Below are positions 1 to 10,449 of a DNA stretch of 64,000 nt, in pieces; within the stretch, counting starts at the first letter, position 1, and each line of letters opens with the position of its first letter. Source of the stretch: an uncultured delta proteobacterium (GTDB lineage Bacteria; Desulfobacterota; RBG-13-43-22). The stretch covers positions 224,001-288,000 of the forward strand of contig CAWJJC010000020.1 of NCBI GenBank assembly GCA_963843145.1, read 5' to 3'. A model generated the notes under the pieces. That model was given only the letters and a program-made list of their open reading frames with translations, did not search any database and had not been told where the DNA came from. The position numbers were made by a program, and so were the translations under genes.

Positions 1-155
1 TACTCAAATCTTTTGTTTCCGGGACCACCGGATGTTTGGCTCCCCCCATCCCAATAGACCAGCCGGATGAAAAGCTCTCCCACGGCTAAGGCTAGGACCA
101 CGGGAATGAGGAAAAAAATCGCCTGTTGAAAAAAGGTATGTTTCCCTGTAGTCAA
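1..155 (-). CDS. Partial (runs off window) membrane-anchored protein, possibly SGNH/GDSL-type
   Basis: Manual translation from TTG at 155 (AGGTGA just upstream) gives MTTGKHTFFQQAIFFLIPVVLALAVGELFIRLVYWDGG. A TM helix ending in E-xx-xRL is typical of SGNH proteins near carbamoyltransferase cassettes. Confidence 0.45.
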   Translation of the reverse strand, partial: MTTGKHTFFQQAIFFLIPVVLALAVGELFIRLVYWDGGSQTSGGPGNKRFE

Positions 156-369
156 AATTCACCTGACTTGAAGAGATCTAAAACCCTGGTCCTTACAAAA
201 GGGGATCGTAGATTCTATTTCCAAAATTTAGTCAAAATGATTATTAACCAGTTAATTTTAATAACAAAAGCCGAGCTAATGTCAACAAAATTTATTATCC
301 AAGATTTCCTATTGATAGCCGATTTTTCCTATGTTAACATTCAAAAAATACGCCGAATGAAATACTTTC

Positions 370-1182
370 ATGAAAAAATATCAGATAGGTTTTGTTTTTT
401 TTCTATTCCTGTTTCTTATATTCGAAAACAGCACTACGGCCCAAGAGCATAGGCTCTATTTACCTTTAATTTTCCAGGATTATTGTGGTGAGGATTTGGT
501 CTTTTCGGCCTTTGGGGATAGCATTACCTCCTGCTACTTCGATTCAAAGATGGAGAATTTTCCCTCCTGCGGATATCCACAGCGGCTCTATAACAGGCTT
601 ACCTCTCAATTTAAAAAGAATTATGCGTTCTTTAATAATGGTATTGGTGGGGAAATAACTTCGAAGGGCTTGGTTCGTTTTGAAGAGACGATTAACTATC
701 CTAAGCAATATTGCGTTAATCCCGACCATCCCGACCGTTCCGGTGATTGCCTCTATTCCCCTAATTTATCAAATCCCATTCTCGATCTGATAATAATAAT
801 GGAGGGCACGGACGATCTAGATCAAGGAACCTCCTATGATTTGATTGAAGAAAACATCCGCGCCATGGTCCAAATTGCGCGCCAGCACGGGCTAAAAGTA
901 ATCATCACCACCATTTCACCCGTTACAGGAGCAAATCGAGAGCTGGATGCCCAACGAATAGCCGAATTTAATCCCCGGATTTGGCAAATCGGCTACGATT
1001 ATCAAATACCGGTGGCGGATATTTATACCGCCTTTTTGAATTTTCCGAATTGGGAAAATATTTTGATCACCGAAGACGGCCTCCATCCCAATGATCAAGG
1101 GTTTGAGGTAATGGCCGAGGCTTTTTTTCAGACCATCCTTTCCCATATGTCTCGAACGGGTTGTTATCTTTCTTATTATTAA
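370..1182 (+). CDS. Secreted SGNH/GDSL hydrolase family protein
   Basis: Signal peptide, FGDSIT block I, NNGIGG block II, EGTDD block III variant and DGLHPN block V. Confidence 0.88.
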   Translation: MKKYQIGFVFFLFLFLIFENSTTAQEHRLYLPLIFQDYCGEDLVFSAFGDSITSCYFDSKMENFPSCGYPQRLYNRLTSQFKKNYAFFNNGIGGEITSKGLVRFEETINYPKQYCVNPDHPDRSGDCLYSPNLSNPILDLIIIMEGTDDLDQGTSYDLIEENIRAMVQIARQHGLKVIITTISPVTGANRELDAQRIAEFNPRIWQIGYDYQIPVADIYTAFLNFPNWENILITEDGLHPNDQGFEVMAEAFFQTILSHMSRTGCYLSYY

Positions 1183-1298
1183 AATCGAAGACATTAGACT
1201 TGGGTAACGAAGCCCTGGGGGGAAAAGACCGGCGAAAGGAAACGATTCCAGCCGTTCTCAAATATTCGCGAGACCTATAATTTGGAGGATTACAGGTA

Positions 1299-3116
1299 GT
1301 GCATATTTTAGGCATTTCCGCTTTCTATCACGACAGTGCAGCAAGCCTGGTGCGTGATGGGGAGATCATGGCAGCGGCACAAGAAGAACGTTTCACTAGG
1401 AAGAAACACGATTTTAACTTCCCTTCGAATGCCATTCAATACTGTCTTAACTCCGCTAATATTCGAGGAAGCGATCTGGATTATGTAGCTTTCTACGATA
1501 AGCCCTTTCTAAAATTCGAGAGGCTGTTGGAGACGTACCTATCTTTCGCACCAGTTGGAATCAGGTCCTTCTGGAAAGCTATTCCATTATGGATCAGACA
1601 AAAGCTATGGATAGCCGACATCATTAAGAAGGAACTTAATTATGAAGGGAAGATAATATTTCCGGAGCATCATGAATCTCATGCCGCCAGCGCCTTTTTC
1701 CCTTCCCCATTTCAGCGAGCCGCATTTCTAACCATGGACGGAGTGGGGGAGTGGACAACGACGAGCTTTGGCGTAGGCCATGATAACCTGGTTATTATTG
1801 ATTCGGAGATTCACTTCCCCCATTCACTTGGTTTGCTGTATTCTGCTTTTACCTACTACACAGGCTTCAAGGTGAATTCAGGAGAATATAAGATCATGGG
1901 ACTGGCACCCTATGGTGAGCCTAAATATGTAAATACAATCATCAAGGAGTTAATGGATTTAAAAGAAGACGGATCGTTTCGGCTGAACATGGATTATTTC
2001 AATTTTGCCGTTGGACTGACTATGACCAACAGTAAGTTTGACCGACTGTTCGGCGGTCCTCCTCGAAAACCAGAATCCAAGCTTAGGCAGAAGGAGATGG
2101 ATCTCGCTCGGTCTATCCAAGTGGTAACAGAAGAAGTGATGCTCAGGACTACCCAGCACATTTATCGGGTCACTGGTGAACGAAATCTGTGCCTTGCAGG
2201 CGGGGTGGCTCTCAACTGCGTTGGCAATGGGCGAATTTTGCGGGAAGGCCATTTTGAGAACATTTGGATTCAACCGGCTGCTGGAGACGCCGGCGGTGCG
2301 TTGGGCGCCGCCCTTTTCACTTGGTACCAGGTTCTAGGGAACAAGAGGTTTGTGAACGGAAATCAGGACTTGCAAAAGGGATCGTTTCTTGGTCCTTCCT
2401 TTACTTCGGATCAAATTAAGGATTTTCTGGATACCGGCGGAATCTCCTTCGATGAAATAGCTCCGGATCAGATTCCCCCCAAGGTCGCGGGACTAATTTC
2501 GGAAGGAAAAGTGGTCGGATGGTTTCAGGGCCGAATGGAATTCGGTCCCCGCGCTCTAGGTGCGCGAAGCATTGTTGGCGATGCGAGATCACCCAAGATG
2601 CAATCCGTGATGAATCTAAAGATCAAGTTTCGAGAAAGTTTTAGACCCTTCGCTCCTTCTGTCCTCTGGGAGCATGTCTCAGAGTATTTTGAGATTGATC
2701 GGCCAAGCCCTTATATGCTTCTCGTGGCCTATGTAAATCCAAATAAAAGACGAAAAATAACAGAGGCCGAACAAAGCCGATGGGGCATTGAACAGCTTAA
2801 CATTGTTCGTTCCGACATTCCCGCCATTACCCATGTCGACTACTCTGCCCGTATTCAAACTGTACACGAGGAGACAAACCCAACCTATCACAAAATGATA
2901 AAATCTTTCTATGAAATGACTGGCTGCCCGATCATTGTCAACACTTCATTCAATGTGCGTGGCGAACCGATCGTTTGTTCGCCAAAGGATGCTTACGCGT
3001 GTTTTATGAGAACGGAGATGGATTACCTGGTCATGGAGAACATCATTCTCGACAAGAAGGAGCAGAAAGCGTTCCTAGTGGATATTGATTGGAGAAAGAA
3101 ATTTGAGTTAGACTGA
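1299..3116 (+). CDS. Carbamoyltransferase (NodU/CmcH family, SxtI-like)
   Basis: ILGISAFYHDSAA, EERFTRKKHD, HHESHAASAF, GRMEFGPRALG and NTSFNVRGEPIV motifs. Confidence 0.95.
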   Translation: MHILGISAFYHDSAASLVRDGEIMAAAQEERFTRKKHDFNFPSNAIQYCLNSANIRGSDLDYVAFYDKPFLKFERLLETYLSFAPVGIRSFWKAIPLWIRQKLWIADIIKKELNYEGKIIFPEHHESHAASAFFPSPFQRAAFLTMDGVGEWTTTSFGVGHDNLVIIDSEIHFPHSLGLLYSAFTYYTGFKVNSGEYKIMGLAPYGEPKYVNTIIKELMDLKEDGSFRLNMDYFNFAVGLTMTNSKFDRLFGGPPRKPESKLRQKEMDLARSIQVVTEEVMLRTTQHIYRVTGERNLCLAGGVALNCVGNGRILREGHFENIWIQPAAGDAGGALGAALFTWYQVLGNKRFVNGNQDLQKGSFLGPSFTSDQIKDFLDTGGISFDEIAPDQIPPKVAGLISEGKVVGWFQGRMEFGPRALGARSIVGDARSPKMQSVMNLKIKFRESFRPFAPSVLWEHVSEYFEIDRPSPYMLLVAYVNPNKRRKITEAEQSRWGIEQLNIVRSDIPAITHVDYSARIQTVHEETNPTYHKMIKSFYEMTGCPIIVNTSFNVRGEPIVCSPKDAYACFMRTEMDYLVMENIILDKKEQKAFLVDIDWRKKFELD

Positions 3117-3125
3117 GAGGGCATT

Positions 3126-3527
3126 ATGAGCAAAAAGAAAGCCGACATTAAAGAACTTCAAAAATTTGCAATAATCTTATTCCTAGCTTTGGGGGTTTGG
3201 GGAGGCATTCTTCTCTGGCGAAAACGCGACATCGGATTTGTACTTTGGGGAGTCGGCTCGGCAACTTTGCTGATCGCCTGGATCCAACCGAGGTTTTTGA
3301 GCCCAGTGTACAATTTCTGGATGAAACTGACTTTAATCCTAGGATTCATTAGCAGTCATCTGATTTTGGCACTATTGTATTACTTGGTCTTGACCCCTAT
3401 GGGACTTCTCATGCGAATATTTGGCAAGACTCCACTTAGTTTACAGCTTGATGATAAGGCGATAACTTATTGGAAAAAAAGGAAAAATAGCAAACATGAT
3501 AACTACTGTCCTGAAAGGATGTTTTAA
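3126..3527 (+). CDS. SxtJ family membrane protein
   Basis: Three TM segments, a YYLVLTPMGLLMRIFGK motif and a TYW..RMF tail; directly after the carbamoyltransferase. Confidence 0.85.
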   Translation: MSKKKADIKELQKFAIILFLALGVWGGILLWRKRDIGFVLWGVGSATLLIAWIQPRFLSPVYNFWMKLTLILGFISSHLILALLYYLVLTPMGLLMRIFGKTPLSLQLDDKAITYWKKRKNSKHDNYCPERMF

Positions 3528-3544
3528 CCAGAAGGGAAATTGTG

Positions 3545-3703
3545 ATGAGTAAAATAGCTATTGCATCTGAATTTTGGATGTTTCTAAAAACGAGAAAAAA
3601 GTATTGGTTGCTTCCGATAGTATTTATGCTGCTGGTTCTTGGAGCCCTGATGATTCTCACAGAAGGTAGTGCGCTGGCGCCATTCATCTACGCGCTTTTT
3701 TAG
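3545..3703 (+). CDS. DUF5989 / SxtK-like small membrane protein (52 aa; below the ORF-track cutoff)
   Basis: MSKIAIASEFWMFLKTRKKYWLLPIVFMLLVLGALMILTEGSALAPFIYALF has the RKKxWLxP and APFIY-LF signature. Confidence 0.9.
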   Translation: MSKIAIASEFWMFLKTRKKYWLLPIVFMLLVLGALMILTEGSALAPFIYALF

Positions 3704-3795
3704 CTCAGATCCCCAACACAAAGAAATGAGTTCGTGAAGATTCCTAGTTGAAAGATAGAAATATCATCTTCCAATCAAAGGCCGGGACGGTCCGA

Positions 3796-3966
3796 TCAAC
3801 CGCAACCGCAGGCACAGCTTTCGCCGCAGAGGCTTACCAGGGGTTTTTCCGTTTTCTCCTCTTTCTTCGATCTCCTGGTCGGAAAACTTCATCGCCTGGT
3901 CTCGGACCAGCCGGGCGATGGACCGGCAGAGCTTCAGATCCTTCTCCGTCGCTTTGTTTCTTTCAT
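3796..3966 (-). pseudogene. Possible small protein with Cys-rich tail (CGESCACGCG), broken by two compensating frameshifts
   Basis: G-rich SD precedes ATG 3966, which is in frame with TGA 3796-3798. The middle has GC3-rich codons only in a shifted frame (KATEKDLKLCRSIARLVRDQAMKFSDQEIE). Confidence 0.3.
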
Positions 3967-4153
3967 CGTCCTTCCCCCCTCAAGTGTTTTTGTTTGGTAA
4001 GACGGAGAGGCCGTTGGAAAAGTTACACTATCTAAATAGTGCTAAAAAATAGTAGAATAGACCTTAAAGCAACCTCCGGCCGAACCGGACCGGCAAGTCC
4101 CCCGCAGGAACCCAATAAGGCAAAACAAACAACTTTAAGTCCAGGAGGTTTTT

Positions 4154-4489
4154 ATGGCTGAAAAACAAATCCCCATCAAACATTACCAGGAGCTGGAAAG
4201 AAACTTTCCCGGAGTCATCGCCGCGGTGGAAAACTTGGGTTCGGCCATTCGCCAGGCCGGCCCGATCCTGGAAAAGACGGCTGAACTCATCCAATTGGCC
4301 GGGGCCGCGGCCGCCCAGTTAGAGGGCTCGGTTCATTCCCACACCCGGAGGGCGGTCAAGGCTGGGGCCACCCGGGAGGAGATCTATCAAACCCTGCTGT
4401 TGCTCATCTCGACGATCGGATTTCCCAAAGTCTCCGCGGCCATTATGTGGGCCCAGGATATTTTAAACCGCGGGAAAAAGGAGAATTAG
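4154..4489 (+). CDS. Carboxymuconolactone decarboxylase (CMD/AhpD-like) family protein
   Basis: ELIQLAGAAA..HSHTRRAVKAGATREEI..GFP pattern, AGGAGG SD, no CxxC. Confidence 0.85.
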   Translation: MAEKQIPIKHYQELERNFPGVIAAVENLGSAIRQAGPILEKTAELIQLAGAAAAQLEGSVHSHTRRAVKAGATREEIYQTLLLLISTIGFPKVSAAIMWAQDILNRGKKEN

Positions 4490-4514
4490 GATTTGACGGT
4501 TTCTTAATCGAAAT

Positions 4515-5157
4515 ATGAAACACCTCACTCCGAATCCCGCGGGGAAATGGGATGTGATCGTAGCTGGAGCCGGCCCGAGTGGCGCCGCGGCCTCCAAGCG
4601 CTGCGCCGAGGCCGGTTTACGGACGCCGGTCCTGGAAAAGCGCGCCCTGCCCCGGGATAAGGTCTGCTCCGGAATGATTATGGGCCCTTGGGCTCAGGAA
4701 ATCATCCGAAACCATTTCGGCCCTATTCCCCGGGAGGTACTGGTTCCACCCCGGGTGCTCAAGGGCCACCGGTTTCATGTTCCCGGCGCCTGCCCCGAGG
4801 ATCTGGCCTGGGAGACGCCCCTGGCCTGGCGAAAAGATCTGGATTCCTGGCTGATCCAAAAAGCGGAAGCGGTCGGTGTGGAAGTCCGGGATCGGGTGAA
4901 GTTGATCCGGATAGAATCCGCTTGAAGGGATCGGCTCGGCTCTCAAAAGCGGAATTCTGGCGGCGGAGGCTGTCCGGCAGTCCGCGGCAGCGGACCGCGC
5001 GGCCGCCGGCCATTACCCAAGCCTGCTTTAACCGGTCCTACAGGTCATTGAAACGCTCCTGACCAGCCAGGAAAACCTGATCGAGTCCAACCCGCCGACC
5101 CGCCCGGAACCACAGTTCTTGGCCCAGATGCTCAAGGAGGCTTACAAAAAACCCTAG
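4515..5157 (+). pseudogene. Geranylgeranyl reductase-family FAD oxidoreductase, internally deleted
   Basis: The N-terminal DVIVAGAGPSG..EK..PRDKVCSG part (4515-4925) is joined out of frame at ~4924 to the C-terminal motif EGIGSALKSGILAAEAV. A further stop lies at 5029-5031. Confidence 0.75.
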
Positions 5158-5213
5158 AAATAGCCTAACCGGATGCGGATCAAGATTTAACCGGAGAGGA
5201 GGCATTCTTTGCC

Positions 5214-6360
5214 ATGATTTTTTCAGGACTGATTAATAATATCACCCTCATCATTTCCCTGAGCATTTTATATAGTTTTATCATTCGTAGATGGAAATAT
5301 GGGTCGCGCATCGGCCAAGCGATCTCCGGTTTTCTATTTGGCGCGGTTGCCGTGGTCGGCATGATGAATCCACTCACTATTTCACCGGGCCTTATTTTTG
5401 ACGGCCGCTCCATTATCATCAGTATGGCGGGTTTCATCGGTGGCTGGGTCACCGCCCTGATTGCCTCCCTGATGGGCATAATCTATCGAGCTTGGCTTGG
5501 CGGACCGGGGGAAATTATGGGAGTTTCTGTAATTGCTTCGTCTGGAGCCCGATCTGTTGAACATCTCCGGATCTTCCCTCCATCTGGAGAAAACGTTGTT
5601 CAATCTGGCTTCCAATGCCTTTGAGGCCATGCCGAAGGGCGGCGACCTGACCATCAAAACCACCAATCGGTATCTGGATAAACCTATTCAGGGATATGAC
5701 CATATCCGCGAAGGCGATTATGTGGTGCTTTCCGTATCCGATACGGGGGAAGGAATCTCGGCTGCCGACCTGAAACGCATCTTTGAACCTTTCTATACGA
5801 AAAAGATTATGGGCCGGAGCGGGACAGGATTAGGTTTGGCGGTGGTCTGGGGAACCGTGAAGGATCATAACGGATATATTGATGTTCAGAGCGAAGAAGG
5901 AAAGGGAACCGGCTTCACCCTTTATCTTCCGGTGGCGAGGGAGGAAATCACGACGGAAGCCTCTTCGGTATTAATGGCTGAATACCTGGGCCGGGGAGAA
6001 GTCATTCTGGTAGTGGATGATGTCAAGGGTCAGCGAGATCTGGCGGCGGCCATGCTGAGGAAGCTGAATTACCGCGTGGCGAGTGCTTCCAGCGGTGAGG
6101 CGGCCATCGAATATTTAAGAGAGCAGGAAGTGGATTTACTGGTGCTGGATATGATTATGGAGCCCGGCCTGGACGGACTGGACACGTATAAGCGTATATT
6201 GGAAATCCATCCCCAACAGAAGGCGATCATCGCCAGCGGCTTTTCGGAGTCGGATCGGGTGACGGCCGCCCAGGCCTGGGGCGCGGGCGAATATGTGAAA
6301 AAGCCCTATGTCCTAGAGAAACTGGGACTGGCCGTGAGGAAAGAGTTGGATAAAACGTAG
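5214..6360 (+). pseudogene. Hybrid sensor histidine kinase (5TM LytS-type ... HATPase-REC), internally deleted and out of frame
   Basis: 5214-~5550 encodes a LytS/YhcK-like membrane domain (IFDGRS). From ~5541 another frame encodes HATPase (NLASNAFEAM, DTGEGI, GTGLGL) plus REC. The HisKA and PAS parts are missing. Confidence 0.75.
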
Positions 6361-6475
6361 TGTGTTGAATTATTGCAACACGCCGGACCAAAGAAAGACT
6401 GGAAAAGAGCAGGACGAGAACTGTTGACGGTTTATTAGGTTAACGCGCAATCGGACGACAACAAGGATAATCTTT

Positions 6476-8725
6476 ATGGATGCTGCATCCTTTCTCGGTC
6501 TGGTTCAAAATGCCGCATTGTTGCTGGCAGTGGCTTTCATCTTTGACTTAGCCGCGAGTCGATCGCCTACAGGGCAATCATTTTTCCAGCAGGTGCCTCT
6601 TGGTCTCGCTATCGGCGCAATTGGTATCACCGTTATGATGACGCCTTGGGTACTAATGCCTGGAATCGTATTTGATACGCGTTCTGTGCTGATCGGTATA
6701 TCCGGACTCTTCTTTGGTTCGCTTTCCGTCGCCATTGCGCTATCGATGACAGCAGCATTTCGTTTTTATCAGGGAGGAACGGGTAGCTGGACCGGCGTTG
6801 CTGTGATCCTCACCTCAGGATTGATCGGAATCGCCTGGCGGCACTTTCGTCGTCGGCCCCTGGCGGAGATTTCCTGGCAGGAACTCTACCTTTTCGGCCT
6901 GGTGATTCATCTGGCCATGCTGGGTCTGATGCTCACCCTGCCGTGGGTGAAAGCCCTGCAAGTACTTTCAAGCATCGCTCTGCCAGTCATATTGATCTAT
7001 CCCCTGGGAACCGTCTTGCTGGGAGTGTTGATGGTCAACCGACTGCAGCACGAGCGTGTAGAGGAAGCGCTGAAGGAGAGCGAAGTCAAGTTCAGGACTT
7101 TGGTCGAACATTTGCCTCAGCGAATCTTTATGAAAGACAGAAATTCGGTTTATATCACCTGCAACCGGCCCTATTCCCATGACCTAAGAATCGAGGTCGA
7201 AGCGATTGCGGGGAAAACGGATTTCGAATTTTACCCTAGAGAAAGGGCAGATCAATACAGGTCGGATGACCGGCGAGTCATCACCTCCGGCACTATCGAG
7301 ACGTTCGAGGAGAAAAGCATCCGCTTCGGACAAGAGAGCTGGGTGCATACCACCAGGGTGCCCTACCGCGACGAATCTGGAAATATCTTGGGCGTGATTG
7401 GAATCATTGAAGACATCACCGAACGCAAGCAAGCGGAACAGACGCTGGTATTCAACAATATCATCCTCCGTACCCAGCAGATGGCATCCATCGATGGAAT
7501 ACTTGTGGTGGATGAGCATGGTAAAATATTATCATTCAATCAGCGCTTTGTTGACTTGTGGGGTATCCCTCCTGAAGTGATAGAATCAAAATCCGATGAG
7601 CGGGCACTACGTTCGGTGGTGGATCAACTGGTAACTCCTGAAGAATTCATCCTCAAAGTGAAACACCTCTACGAATTCAGGGATGAATTAAGCAGGGAAG
7701 AGATCTTTCTGAAAGACGGCAGGTCGTTCGACCGTTACTCGGCCCCGATGCTTGGTGCAGACGGAAAATATTATGGCCGGGTGTGGTATTTCCGGGATAT
7801 CACCGAACGCAAGCGGGCGGAGGAGGCTTTGAAGGAAAGTGAACAAAAATATCGCCTGCTGGCCGATAATGTCACTGACGTCATTTTCGTTTTGGATATG
7901 AGTCTGAATTACACCTATATCAGCCCTTCCGTAAAAACCCTTAGGGGATATGAACCGGTAGAGGCGTTGAAACAACAACCTTTCGAGATATTGACTCCCT
8001 CCTCCAGGGATCTGGCCATGAGGACCTTATCTGAGGTCATGGAGTTGGAAAAATCCGGACCTAGAGACATGCCCATATCCCGGACGCTCCAGTTGGAAGT
8101 GAGGCGAAAAGACGGAACCACCGTGTGGACGGAGATGAAGCTTTCCTTTATCAAAGATGAAAATCAGCAACTACGGGGCATTCTTGGAGTAACCCGTGAT
8201 ATCACCGAACGCAAGCGCTATCAGGAGAACTTGGAATATTTCGCTGTACACGATGTTCTCACCGGGCTTTTGAACAGACGTTCCCTTGAGGACATGCTCA
8301 ACCGCGCCATCGCCAGGGCCAAACGAGGAGTGCTGAGTTCACTCCTGTACATGGACCTCGACAATTTCAAGGAGGTGAACGACAATCTCGGCCACAATGT
8401 CGGAGACGAAGTCCTGATCGCCCTGTCCGGCCTCCTCAAAAAAACGTTACGGGCCGAAGACGTTCTCTTTCGGCTGGGAGGCGATGAATTCGCTATTCTC
8501 CTTGAAGGGCTTTACGGCAAAGAGGCTTTCCCCGCCGCGGAACGTCTGCGTCTGGCCGTAGAGGCGCATCCTTTTGATTTGGAAGGAAGCAGCTTCCCTC
8601 TGACTCTCAGCATCGGACTCATCCAGATCGACGGAATTCTGATTACCAGCGAGCTACTATCTCAGGCCGACGCGGCCATGTATAGGGCCAAGGAGCAAGG
8701 GAAGAACCGGATTGTGCTGGCCTAA
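6476..8725 (+). CDS. Diguanylate cyclase with 5TM LytS-type membrane domain and three PAS domains
   Basis: VFDTRS membrane domain, three DITERK PAS-PAC ends, DLDNFKEVND and RLGGDEF. Confidence 0.93.
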   Translation: MDAASFLGLVQNAALLLAVAFIFDLAASRSPTGQSFFQQVPLGLAIGAIGITVMMTPWVLMPGIVFDTRSVLIGISGLFFGSLSVAIALSMTAAFRFYQGGTGSWTGVAVILTSGLIGIAWRHFRRRPLAEISWQELYLFGLVIHLAMLGLMLTLPWVKALQVLSSIALPVILIYPLGTVLLGVLMVNRLQHERVEEALKESEVKFRTLVEHLPQRIFMKDRNSVYITCNRPYSHDLRIEVEAIAGKTDFEFYPRERADQYRSDDRRVITSGTIETFEEKSIRFGQESWVHTTRVPYRDESGNILGVIGIIEDITERKQAEQTLVFNNIILRTQQMASIDGILVVDEHGKILSFNQRFVDLWGIPPEVIESKSDERALRSVVDQLVTPEEFILKVKHLYEFRDELSREEIFLKDGRSFDRYSAPMLGADGKYYGRVWYFRDITERKRAEEALKESEQKYRLLADNVTDVIFVLDMSLNYTYISPSVKTLRGYEPVEALKQQPFEILTPSSRDLAMRTLSEVMELEKSGPRDMPISRTLQLEVRRKDGTTVWTEMKLSFIKDENQQLRGILGVTRDITERKRYQENLEYFAVHDVLTGLLNRRSLEDMLNRAIARAKRGVLSSLLYMDLDNFKEVNDNLGHNVGDEVLIALSGLLKKTLRAEDVLFRLGGDEFAILLEGLYGKEAFPAAERLRLAVEAHPFDLEGSSFPLTLSIGLIQIDGILITSELLSQADAAMYRAKEQGKNRIVLA

Positions 8726-9110
8726 AGTGCAGTTAAAGAGGAAGAACGGTGAATTGATTTCACAGGTCAGAGTAAGGGGACTCCCGCCAAGATATCTTCC
8801 ATAATACCCAGCAGCAGGTCTGGCCGACCGTTTGCCCGAATAGTTGTATGGACAAGTCCTGGACCAGGGTACTACCCCATTTTTTTTGTCTTTAAAATCA
8901 TACAAAATAGGTCATCAATAGGGAAAATGCAGAATAGATATTTGAATTATTCCTTATTTCTCCATAAGTTACTCTATCTGGCCTCTTGCTTGCATTTATA
9001 TAGGTTCAACCTCAAACAATCTTTCCTTTCCCACTTTCAGAACCCCCAACCACACCTTGCCGAAAAAATTTGACCTAGGTGCTTCAGGGGGAGAAAGGAT
9101 TAAAAGAATT

Positions 9111-9446
9111 ATGCCAAAAAAAATAGCTCTTTTCCTGCTGCCGTTGCTGTTGATATTCTTTTTTGCCGGACCCTCCACGGTCTTCGGGGCCATCGACCCG
9201 ATGAACGCGGCGAATTTCCCTGTTTCCCCTGGTCGCGGGGAGGAAATTTCCCTGATCCTCAAGGTCCTGGAGAACAAAATGGGGAATCAGAAAATCCCGC
9301 AAAAAGCCCTGAATAAATTGCTCAGCCTAAATGATGAGCAGATCGGTCTGATCGCTTCCCTTTCCCAACGGATAGCGGACAACACCCAAACCGTTGGGGC
9401 CGATGTGGCCTTTCTAATGATCACCGCCATTTTGGTATGGTCCTGA
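9111..9446 (+). CDS. Hypothetical exported/membrane protein
   Basis: Signal peptide from ATG 9111 and a hydrophobic C-terminal helix. Confidence 0.6.
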   Translation: MPKKIALFLLPLLLIFFFAGPSTVFGAIDPMNAANFPVSPGRGEEISLILKVLENKMGNQKIPQKALNKLLSLNDEQIGLIASLSQRIADNTQTVGADVAFLMITAILVWS

Positions 9447-9480
9447 CCTATCCCATCTTTGGTCCGTTGCCTCTGGCGGG

Positions 9481-10386
9481 ATGAATAGGATCGTTATGAA
9501 TAGACTTCTGAAACTGGCTGAAAGAGTCACGGGCCGGCTTAAGGGCACGGCACACCTTTTTTACCATATCGTCATCATCGTCCTCAGCGCCGGAATAGTA
9601 TTTTCTCTGCATCATTGGGTTTCCTTGATCGCTCAATATTTTTTAACCGTCTGGTCCTTCATCGCCGACGAAAAAATATTCCTTACTTCCATTGAAATCG
9701 TTCTGGCCGTACTGCTCATCCTCTTTTTTAACTACCTGGGCCGGATGTGGTCCGATAGGAAGTTGGCCCGGATGTCCCGGAATGCCGGGATGGTCCACCT
9801 GTTTCCTGCCCGCGGCTTCCTGGCCCGACGACGAATCAGGAAATTAAAAGAGAAAACGGGTTATGCCCGGGAGGTCTTGGGGATCTTTTCCAGCGGTTTT
9901 CAGACGCTGGTGGAACCCACCGGTGACATGCACGGCGTCATCCAGAACTGCCGCGAGGCCAAGATCATGCTCCAAAATCCGGAAGGCAAAGCAGCCACGG
10001 CCCGGTCCAAAATTTTACTCGATCCGGAGATCCCCCCCGAAAGGACCCGGGAACAACTGGCCAAAACCATCGACTTTCTCCGGGGGCTCAAGACACTTCA
10101 GAAAGGCGTCCGGCTGAAACTCTACCCTGAGGCCCCTTTTCTCAAATTGGCCGTTCTGGGAGACACCCTCTGGCTGAGGCATTACTATCCCCGTTTCGAC
10201 ATGCCAAATATGCCGGAATACGTCTTTTGCAACAATCAGAACAACGGCAGTCTTTTTATGACCTTCTACCAGTATTTTCTTTTACGCTGGAACGACCCGG
10301 CCATACCTGAATTTGATTTTGAAACCGCTGAGCTGGTTTTCCGGGACGGATCCGGGAATACGACCAGGAGGGAAACCTTTAGGTAA
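9481..10386 (+). CDS. Hypothetical membrane protein (2 TM plus soluble domain)
   Basis: 301-aa ORF with coding-like codon bias and two TM segments. Confidence 0.65.
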   Translation: MNRIVMNRLLKLAERVTGRLKGTAHLFYHIVIIVLSAGIVFSLHHWVSLIAQYFLTVWSFIADEKIFLTSIEIVLAVLLILFFNYLGRMWSDRKLARMSRNAGMVHLFPARGFLARRRIRKLKEKTGYAREVLGIFSSGFQTLVEPTGDMHGVIQNCREAKIMLQNPEGKAATARSKILLDPEIPPERTREQLAKTIDFLRGLKTLQKGVRLKLYPEAPFLKLAVLGDTLWLRHYYPRFDMPNMPEYVFCNNQNNGSLFMTFYQYFLLRWNDPAIPEFDFETAELVFRDGSGNTTRRETFR

Positions 10387-10449
10387 ACTCGAGAATCGGG
10401 ATCGGTAGGATCTGAACAGCGGGGCGTGCATCCTCCGGGCGTTTAGGGA

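Noticed and set aside
1299-3703. Saxitoxin biosynthesis cluster
   Set aside because: Only sxtI/J/K-like genes are present and these are widespread; no sxtA, sxtG or sxtB is in the window.
3796-3966. Two in-frame TGAs in the small minus-strand ORF as Sec codons
   Set aside because: The read-through peptide is not protein-like and has no convincing SECIS; the shifted frame has the coding-like codon bias.
4064-4125. c-di-GMP-I riboswitch upstream of the CMD gene
   Set aside because: Only GCAACCTCCGGCCGAA resembles the motif; the GGCAAAC..GAAA..GACGCAAA P2 arm is absent.
4923-4925. TGA in the FAD reductase as a selenocysteine
   Set aside because: Homology resumes in a different frame, there is no Cys-type motif and no GGUC hairpin follows; it is a deletion junction.
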